From Balanoglossus misakiensis (taxonomy: Eukaryota; Animalia; Hemichordata): a DNA stretch of 64,000 bases. The DNA lies in contig CM082583.2 in assembly GCA_040954595.2 (NCBI GenBank), positions 9,534,254-9,598,253 of the forward strand. The letters are read 5' to 3'. A program made the position numbers and the translations under genes. Below the pieces are notes generated by a model, which worked only from the letters and a program-made list of their open reading frames with translations, ran no database searches and was not told the origin of the DNA. Shown in pieces: positions 52,801 to 64,000 of this stretch (position 1 is the stretch's first letter; each line of letters starts with the position of its first letter).

Positions 52801-55800
52801 TTGCTGTCGTCCCTGAAACCATCGGCTCCGCTCCTCAAGAGAGCACGAGAAGAGGACCGCAGGCAAGCCAAACATCAACGTAAGAGTTCGTGCATCATGG
52901 CATGCGCATGCGCTCGATTGGGGTTGCTTTTGGTATGCTTTGCCTGCGCCTGGACGGTAGACTAGGTTGACTAACAGCGTTACCATAACAACAACTGCAT
53001 CTAACACGTCTCACCCCAAAATCACTAAAAGTCCATACGCATGTCAAATACTCACCCCTTTCCACGAACTTATCAGACGCCTCCCTTCATCACCAACCAC
53101 CCACGTTCGCTGTTGTCACACCGCCGCCTTTACCGAACATAAAGTTCTCTCTGACGTGCGTTATATTGTAGTTGGTGCTTTGTGCTGCACAAAGTATCAA
53201 GAGTGTTTTGCAACTTGTACACCAGAAAAAAAATTGCAAGAGAAACCAGTTGTATATCCCAAACAAACAACATATTTTAACGTCCGTAGAATGCTCATGA
53301 TGTTAACAAAGTTATTATTAACCTAATAATAACATTAACCAGAATATCTTCAGGATGTCGCAACGTTTAACTTTAACCAGCTCGATTGGTGTTGTTTGGT
53401 TTTTGTGTGCAGTGTTTTTTGCTAGTGCACGTGTGTTTTTTATTTCATAACACGACACATCCTTCACCTGTGGTGGCGGGCTTTTGGTGAATTTTTCGTT
53501 TGTTGACATATGCACTTCGCTCGAAACTTTAATCAAAAATTTTAGGGACGAGCAGCTCGAGTTTTTTCTCAAGTATCTATGGTTCAATGAATACATGCGT
53601 TTGACACGCCACTTGTAGAGTGTCACTGATTACAACTAGCGTTCGCACGAACATGTTATGTTGATTTAAAATGTAAAACATATGTTGCAACCGGGAGTAC
53701 ATATTGATAGGAGGAATTATATAATTCAACACGGGAGAGGAAACAATTTGGCAAGACACGTATTTGGGACGTGTGTTGTTGTGAAGTACCCGGTGTTTAC
53801 ATACACTACATTTTATGTACTATCAACTTTGTAAACTTAAAGAAAGGGGGAGGGGTCACGCTTGTTAGTTTTCGAAATGATGAGAGTACTTTGATTATTA
53901 TTATAAGATGATAATTGTAAACGTGTTCTGAATATACGAACAGGAGATGAGTTACTCATAGAAGCAACGAAAATACTGGCTCCGAATAAAGAGAAGTCCC
54001 CAGAACCGAAAGTGGAAGCTGTCAGGCTCCCCAAACAGAACAACCCGAGAACCAACGTGGCTTTCCGCATGGTGAAGAAGCCACCGACGCCGAAAGGCCA
54101 ACAGGAACACTGGATCGTCTGGAGAACGCAGACGCCATCGACGCCGGGGAAAGTCAAGCCGGTGTACCGACCGCTGGTGGCCAACAAGCGGCGAGCTCAC
54201 ACCCCGACGCCGCCCCGCCCGCAGCCACCGTCAAGCTCCGCGGAGGAGGATGAAGAACGTCGGCCGAGTACGGCGCCTGGTTTCCGGATGCCCACACCAC
54301 CCCCGGCCAAACCCGTCAGCCCTCCTGCTACCCCCGCGGCACAGTCGCTGCAACCTCGTCCAATGACACCCGAACCGGTACGTACATGTATATTAGCAGC
54401 ACGGCACATATTTGAAGTGACTTTTTGAAAAGTTGTTGAAGACGCGCATTTATTAGTTTAAAACTATTGGTGAAATCAACGAATATCATAAACCAATAAA
54501 ATAATTTCTGTTCTGTTCATCTTTAGAACCACGTGATAAAAAGTATGCTAGTTTTCATATTTGAGCGATTTTCTACTCAAACATAGCAAAATATATTAAT
54601 AAGCGATGCATTGTCGGGAATGAAAAGTCAATGAACTCTTCTCTTCACCGACAGATTGAAGAAAACGGTGCAACAGCACACGAAGTCACGTTTGCCGAGA
54701 ACTATGGCATTGACGATACCGATGATATGAGAATGCCGTCCCCAGCGGCACACTCGCTGAGAGACGCCGCCTGCAGTCCAACGGTAGGTAGAGCTAGCTA
54801 CTTCAACTCTGCTTGGCTGGATTTCCTGGCCGGATTCCAGGTTGACCCAGCAGCTGTGTAAGCATCTGGGCCCACGCTCCGGGGTCTATGATGTAAGCCA
54901 CAAGCAAGTTTACACATACTCGAGTATCTGTGGTTTACACAACTGACTGCTTCTGAATCTGAGTAGGAGAAGGTTTAGACTAATGCACTTTAACTCATTC
55001 GATATACCAGGTCGGATACCCCTAGCCATTTCCCACCCAACCATCACGCACCAAAACCAACCACCCACCTACCCGTCCAGGGAAACACGCTGAAATTCAC
55101 GTTACTTATGTGGTATTTGTCAAAATGTGTAACAATGTCCGAAAACTGGAACTGTTTTCACAGTAAATGTTCTGAGTGCAGCTGCAATGATTTCAATCTG
55201 ATTAAAATCAGATGTAGGGAACGGCGACTTGGTTTTTTTATGTTGTCGCCTCACACTACATCTGACCAACTACAACTGGAGATCTCGCTGAACTCTCGCG
55301 TTCCGACCCGGCCAATCAGATTGCGTGTTGTGCCGACTAAAGAATTGCACTGGGAGATGGGAGAAATGTTGTTGTTGACTTCGAGTATCGCACATAATAC
55401 GAAAGATTGGCTTTCTCTTGTGAACAATTACATGTAATCCCATGATATCTTTCTTTGTTTGGCGTCATCGTATGCAAATGATTTTCACAGAGCAGTGAAA
55501 CGTCGAGCTGTAGCCATATACAAATGATGAACTGTCGCTGATCATTCATTAACTCTCCTAACTAGTCGTCATGTTCGCCCTCATAGTCATGCTGCCAGTC
55601 GGAAAATGACGTACTTCATGTAAAAGTTTATAAAAAATAAACCAAATTTCACTGCCATGTATCCCAAAACAATTTATGTGACAGATTTTTAAAAAGAACG
55701 CTAACTTCGGCTAAGGAATGTCAAGTCATAGCTCCGCGTTCAGGTCTGTGTGTTCCCGACGCACCACAGCCCTGCATAAGGCCCCATAGACAAAACTGGT

Positions 55801-58306
55801 GCGTCTGCGGTCCGGACCCGGACGCCCGACCGCAGCTTTTTCTGTCGAAATTCGATTTTATCGAAGCAAAATCCTTTCCCTGTCTACTTCAACCGACCCC
55901 AAATATGATGCCATTAACTTCTTCTAACGTCCGTGTAACGCCGGGAACACACAGACCTGCACGCAGAGCTAGTCAAGTCAGTGCAGCTGTGCAGTCGGTC
56001 GGTATACTATCGCGTATACAAACGATCGTGGCGACAGAATCTCTCCCTGGGACGGCCTTACACAAATGTAATCGATTCTCTAACAATTTTACTGCGACTT
56101 GTTGCCACGTCTTATACATTTCGTTGACCGGTGGAATATAGAGGTTCAGTCGTCACGCTGAACTGGCTCGAAACCATTCCCCACGCTGATTCGACTCTCG
56201 CGCCCGGGATATATGTCTGTGGTAGCTCCATGGTAACAACCGCAAGGGGCCAGGTCATGTGATTGTGGGTTGTCTATCATTTGCTATAAGGCGCCTTCTG
56301 ATTGGATTAGAATCCCAGTAATTCTCGCGGAGTTCAGCGAGATCTCCAGTTGTAGTTGGTCAGATGTAGTGTGAGGCGACAACATAAAAAAAACCAAGTC
56401 GCCGTTCCCTACATCTGATTTTAATCAGATTGCAATGATTTATGACTTTAAGCGATTTATGCGCTTTCATAATTAAGTCACTTTTTGCAATATTGCTCAT
56501 CAAAAATTTAACGTCGATACACTTTATTAATATTATATGAACACGGGGCAAAAGGGTCTCCATCAGGGCCGCTTGGAGAGGAAAAGCAATGAAATGACAC
56601 CCCATTAGGCGATGAAATCACGGTCCAATCAAGCAATTACAGGAACCCGCGAACTCTATGACAGAGCAAACGACATCCGCCGCGTTGTTTTCAAATGTCG
56701 TCCCAGTTGTGTCCAGTGAATACAGATTGGCTGAAATTTCGCCTGCACCTGTTCTCCAAGCTCTGTTTAAATATCACGTGGGGGCTGGGGGACTCATTAG
56801 TAGTCACGGTTTCCGTGGAAACAATGTGTAAACAATGGCAGGCTGTATTATCACGGTACACACATGGCGGGTGGGGTTCGTGATAAAACCGAGACGCTTG
56901 GATATGTGACTGTGATTCGCTTGCGGGGGTCGATATGTGGTGCTAGGCGATTTGCAATAGAGACAATCTTTCGGACAAAGACTGAACCATGCCGATTGGA
57001 TTTCCACCGATCACTGTCAAGCACTATTTCAACCCTATGACGTGGTCATGGAGTCGCAGCCGTGTGAGGCACGTCGAACCGATGCAGTACGAAGAAAGCT
57101 TATCGCGTGTCTCCCCGCCGTTACCGAGGAAAACATCTCGGCTAGATGCCCTTTTTGATGACGAGGCCGAGGTCAGCATTGCATGTCGAATTTCACAATT
57201 TCGCCCCAGAAACTCTCGGGTGACTAATGGTTTTCAAGCTCGTTAGTCAATTTCTCGATCGGAATTCCACAAATTCATGCGCCTCTTTTCTGGTTTCAGC
57301 GGCCGATATCGGCGATGTCTATTAGCAGTTTAGCAGCGCAGGAGATGTTAATGGATCCGAAATTGAGGCCCTGGGTCACCGGAGCTAATGACTACGGTAA
57401 GTACTAAACACCCAACTGAACTTTGTGAGAATTTTACATCGACACTTTATTTTCTTAAAGTGTCCGCAGAAACTTCGTACTAATTTCACGTTTTTTGATA
57501 TATTTTCCACTACAGAAAAACAAGTGGCTTACAACTTATTCAAATCGCTGAACGGCGGTAAAGCGGTGTCTATGGCTCGGTCGATGAGCGCCATGGGTTA
57601 CACGGGGCGTGGTCGATCTCCTGTGCCTCCGCGTGACAGGGCGGTCAAGTCGGCACGAGCAAGGGCCCCGGCGGCAACCCAACACAGTTACGATCACGAC
57701 TCAAGACCCGACCGTGGTGGACATGATGACGAAGTGGTCAGAGAATGGATGTCAGAAATCGAAAAAAGGCTAAATGAGTAAGTTAATATTTTCAACTTCC
57801 CACGACAAATGTTTAGTCTGTTCACGCACTCACATAATAGAGTGAGAGAGAAAGAGAGAGAAGGATGGAACGAGGGAGGGAGAGAGAGAGAGGGGAGGGG
57901 AAGGGAGAGTCTGACAAACAGACACAGAGAGGGAGATGACGAATACAGAGCGTGTTTAACGTCACACATTTACAAGCCCCTCGCCTAAATACTCTCCTCT
58001 TTCTTGTTCGACAGGCGTGCAAAGACCCCCCAGCCGGAGTTAATCCCACGGCCCGTGTACAGCCTCCCCATACAACACCACCAGGTTCGCCCCGGCAGTC
58101 GGCAGAGGTACAGAAAACCGCCCAGGAAGGAGTACATTCACGAAAGCAGTTTCTTCACCAATTCCAACCCAGCATTTCGAAGTCACTTCATCATTGCGCC
58201 GGACTGGGTGTCGGAGGGTCTGACCATTAGGAAACTGGAGGCGCAAGCTGCTCATAACAGAAAGAAGCACCCGCCCCCTGGTTGCTACGCGACCGCAACT
58301 GCATAA
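43888..58306 (+). CDS. Uncharacterised proline/arginine-rich protein, probably cilium- or sperm-associated
   Basis: Phase-consistent exons: 43888-44037 (MPPTPRMIPF..MRPTSGTRRNNPHPRE), 49060-49228, 53944-54377, 54655-54783, 57300-57396 (PWVTGANDY), 57516-57777 (EKQVAYNLFKSL), 58015-58306 (HESSFFTNSNPAFRSHFIIAPDWVSE). The ciliary role is inferred only from X-box density. Confidence 0.8.
55194..56432. mobile_element. Non-autonomous DNA transposon with ~105-bp TIRs and 9-bp TSD (Mutator/MULE-like)
   Basis: TIR CAATCTGATTAAAATCAGATGTAGGGAACGGCGACTTGG..GAGATCTCGCTGAACTC at 55194-~55300 with its near-perfect reverse complement at ~56325-56432. CAATGATTT flanks both sides (55185-55193, 56433-56441). 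No transposase ORF. Confidence 0.9.
56809..56822. promoter_or_regulatory. RFX X-box upstream of a candidate internal first exon
   Basis: GTTTCCGTGGAAAC, a near-perfect palindrome about 170-220 bp before ATGs at 56989 and 57038. Confidence 0.5.
57838..57935. repeat. GA-rich low-complexity tract
   Basis: Imperfect (GA)n/GGGA run within an intron. Confidence 0.7.
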
Positions 58307-60488
58307 CTTGTGATGATCAAGCTCCTCCAGGAAAAATGTAGTCTGGTCGTTTGACCCCAGCGGCAAGCTTGGGTCAGGGACCGCAGACTACGAAGAAATG
58401 CTGACACAATTGTAGTTGAGTGTGGGGATATCGACCTTTTATTCAGTGACGTCACTCAAATAATTCAATTTTGATAGAAATGCTCAATTTTCCACAACCT
58501 TGATTTACATTTGTAATATAGATTCTGTGTCAAAATGATATTCACATGGCCGGGAGTGGCTGTTCACTTTGTATCTATGCAATATGCAAAAGTAGTCGCT
58601 TTGTAAATGGCCAGCATTTTTTTTAATTTTTAATTTCTAATGATTAAAAAAAACAGAAAGAAAGTTACAAAAGCCAGTAATATTTTACAAAATTAATTCA
58701 CGACTTTCCTAAATCGAGTCAAATTAAAAAGAGTTACAGGTGTGTTCAAAACATAATTTTGTTTTCCAATCAAAAATATGTTGATCAAATCATCAATCAG
58801 GTTTTAATATACAATGTCGAAATTCTCGGATGGGATTTTGGATACAATAACGTGTATTTGAGACAACTTTGTTTAGTCGTCTGAACGTACGTGTAATATT
58901 TGTATCTTACCTACCGTTAGTTTTCGAATCACAGAAAAGTGTATACACGTCTCTGTGTGTGCATGGCCCTATTTTGTGGCGGAAATGTTTTAGGTCGCCA
59001 GCGCCGTTGGCAGGTGCTTGTCGCGAGAACTGCATTTTCCGCACAAAATCATATCAATAGTGAAATCCCGTCCGTGAACACTACTGATGAATCACTGCCG
59101 CTGCTTGTTTCTACATTTCGTTGTTAAGAAGTGAAACTGATTCTGATTTCGATGGTCCATTTAACCGATTACTGTACATTTGATCAGTCATATCACTCAA
59201 TAACTTTCACGTTCCAGTTGGTATTCATTTAGAGAAATAGTGAAATCATGAAAATGACACCTAATTAATGAATTTTTTATGTCTCGATATGCTTTTTCCA
59301 TACAATTGGCGATGTGTGCAGCAAGTTGATTTCTATTTTGCTCCATTGAATAGTTATTAAAAAAACAATCTTTAGTGTGTAGCTGCTGTGTATCACAGGG
59401 TTTGGGTGAATATTCCTTGTGTTGGAACGCTATCATTTACTGAACTTTGTGAAAAAAATGCTTGAGGTGGGACAAGGTCCGAGGAAAGACGATGCTCAGT
59501 CATTAGCGCCGCGTACGGTCATAATTGACAAAGCCCAACAGCCTGGAACTGACAATCTTCAGATGACTCGTGATTATGATACGATCTCAAGATAAAGAAA
59601 ATGCCACTCGATGCCGGCTCATACGTTTAATTTTTTCAGTGACAAAAAATATTTGCGATTTAATTTGTATTAAAAATGGTTTAATTTTGTTTGTATTTAC
59701 AATTTAACTTCAGAGAGAGTAGTTCATGATTTTAAGGATTCTTTTTAGGGGATACGGAAGTAGTGGCATATGGTTGCATCTAGATACAGTTTACATCTCC
59801 TTCCATTGAATTTTTTGTATTTTCACTATTGGAATTTTGAAAATTAACAGAATTTGGTTGCATTCTTCATTTAAACAGCAAACACTAAGATTTACACCGT
59901 AATAATGAATTTCAGATATTAATCATGTTATTGTTATACTAAATATTACAATAATACTTCTGAAATAAACTATTAGCTACTACTTTGTCGAAGAGAAATG
60001 CAAAGTAAACGGTTTGAAGTAACGTTCATCTTGTAAATAAGAATATATTAGAAGTCACATTGACTTAAGTTTGGTTTGGTTTTAAACTTGTCGGTTTTGA
60101 AAGGAAATGATAATGTGCAAATATTGCAAAGGCGGATTACCCAAAATGCCTTGACGTGGTAAATGGCTTTAGATAGGTTTGGCTAGCATCTCGGCCCTAT
60201 CATTGGATGTTTATTTTTGCAGGGTGACGATCAATAGACGACAGTTTCACTTTTGCACTATTTTCTGTCTGTAAATATTCATCAAACACATTTTATTGGA
60301 GTTGCAGATGTTGAATGAAATGTTTTGATTCCGCGTGAGGAAAATAGTGGAAGTGATGTACTGCTGACCAGATAGTACGTTTTTTTGTACCAAATAAAGT
60401 TAGGTGTACAACTCACAGTTTTGTCTGATTTTTCGCTGTTTTATGAATCGCTGTCAGACCACGCGCAAGGTTGCATGGGAAATCACGA

Positions 60489-61162
60489 ACCGGAAGTGCA
60501 GACCAGACGACGGAACAGGTCGATTTTACTCGCGAAGAGCCGTAGCGTTTTTGAACAAAAAAGGCACCAAGTAGACGCGTTGAAACTCTCACTGGTGAGT
60601 ATCCCTATGTATCTTTTATACTGAAATACTTGTATATTTCGGGAAGACATGTACCGTAGTATTTTCGTGCGTGTTTTCCCAGCTCCATGGCTCAAGCTCC
60701 GAGCTTGCTGTGCATAGCGCAGGGCTGGTTTGGCTTGGAGCTCACATGCGACTGTGGGTTTTTAGCAGTGAGCGACAAGTTCTGTGCAGCTCACAGCGTC
60801 ATGTACAGGCCCGAACCACTTACAGGAACTTAAGTACTTTGAAAAACCAGTTTATTTCATCTTGGGACGTGTCTTCTCGGTAGCCGAGGACCTGTGCATA
60901 CGTTCGCGTCACGTTGTTTACTTTGGCTGCCAGTTCACGTGCGCCCAAATTTATGCACTGCCAGACCAGGTTGCCAGACGTAAACAAATAGTACGGCTCT
61001 TTCACCACAAGGGGGCGCTATCCAATGCCCTAAGTACGAGAGTTGTTGTATATGATAAAACATTTACACTGTGATTAATTATGACACAATTATACTCCAA
61101 GAAGTGTTCTGGATAAGAAGGAAGATTTTATTTCCTTCCAATGGCAAAGCCACATGAATAAA
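60489..61162 (+). other. Candidate small spliced transcription unit (48-aa microprotein or structured ncRNA)
   Basis: ETS motif ACCGGAAGTG at 60489, donor CTG|GTGAGT at 60595, acceptor TTTTCCCAG ending 60682, Kozak-like ctccATGG at 60687, ORF to 60833, AATAAA at 61157. Confidence 0.4.
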
Positions 61163-61705
61163 GAGGGCATTTGAAATACAAAATACAACTGAAGTCTTTA
61201 GTATCGTAAACTAAATAGAAATCTTGCCTCTTAGAGTTTTAATTCACATTACATAAAGTGGCAAGCCAATGAATATTGGTACATATGAGATAAACTACCA
61301 TTAGCAGAATATAGTCCTCATACAGTGACCATCTGTGTTACAGGCAGTATGGTTTTGGATGATATAAGGGTGATAATGTACACATTTGACCTACTTGTCA
61401 AAGTTTATAAAATAAAGCCCATAGGGTCAAAGTTCCATGGCAAAAGTTAAACACATCCAAATAAAAAAGTGGAAGTGTTCAATACTTAAGTCTTCTTTAA
61501 ATAAAGGTAGTTATACAGTAGTGATGAAAGTGAAATTTTAAATCAAATTATCTTGATTCTGTTTGGCAGATTGATCAGCAAAGTCTAAAATGGTCAATCG
61601 TTCTCAACATTTCAGTCCAACTCTGCTGTATTCATTGCAGGGCTGGAACCCATGTTTACAGGTAAATAGAGTTTAAACTAAAAAGGTTTAAAATAAGGAC
61701 AGGTT

Positions 61706-63613
<1,908 letters not shown>

Positions 63614-64000
63614 CTTGATCAATGTGGAATTACTTCACACGATATAGTTCTGCTGTACTGTTGGCATAAAGTACAACAATGACATCAATTCCCACTATAC
63701 CGATTTGAGTATTTGTTGATCTCAATTTCTGTGAAAACTTCAGTCAATCGGGTGTGATACTAAAAACTTGTGGTTGCAGGTTCATCAGACACGTCAGTCA
63801 ACTCACGACCCTAAAGTTGACCCCATTCGTTGCATGTCAACAATCCTCTGAAAGTAACATACGGTTTATCAAGGCACCAAGTTTTTTTCGAAACGTTGCT
63901 AATTGAATCGTTGCCTATTCACCACTTACTTCAGACGTATTATGACTTGTTAACGTTTGTGATGGGTAATATTTCCACGTCTCAGTTCGAGACTAGGGAT

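Overview
AT-rich, gene-dense eukaryotic window with short GT-AG introns. A gustatory-receptor-like gene, a U12 intron and patchy CpG depletion suggest a marine invertebrate, plausibly a hemichordate or echinoderm (inference). I reconstructed twelve protein-coding genes by hand from splice sites and reading-frame phase. In order: the 3' part of a single-pass receptor (possibly a transmembrane semaphorin), COMMD10, a C15orf61 homolog carrying an in-frame TAG, CFAP141/C1orf189, two tandem arylsulfatase B-like genes, a 2xLDLa-pentraxin gene, a GRL/7TMIC gene, an intronless GT14 core-2/I-branching GlcNAc transferase, nicalin (with a U12 intron), an uncharacterised proline-rich gene, and PRRC1. Also present are tRNA-Gly(GCC), two non-autonomous DNA transposons (TTAA TSD and 9-bp TSD), a 30-bp minisatellite derived from a gene's stop-codon region, and a small spliced unit at about 60.5-61.2 kb that may be a microprotein gene or a structured RNA. 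The most striking structure is the 43.9-58.3 kb gene, which has up to four phase-compatible alternative first coding exons and about a dozen RFX X-box-like palindromes. Family assignments come from recalled motifs, not database searches.
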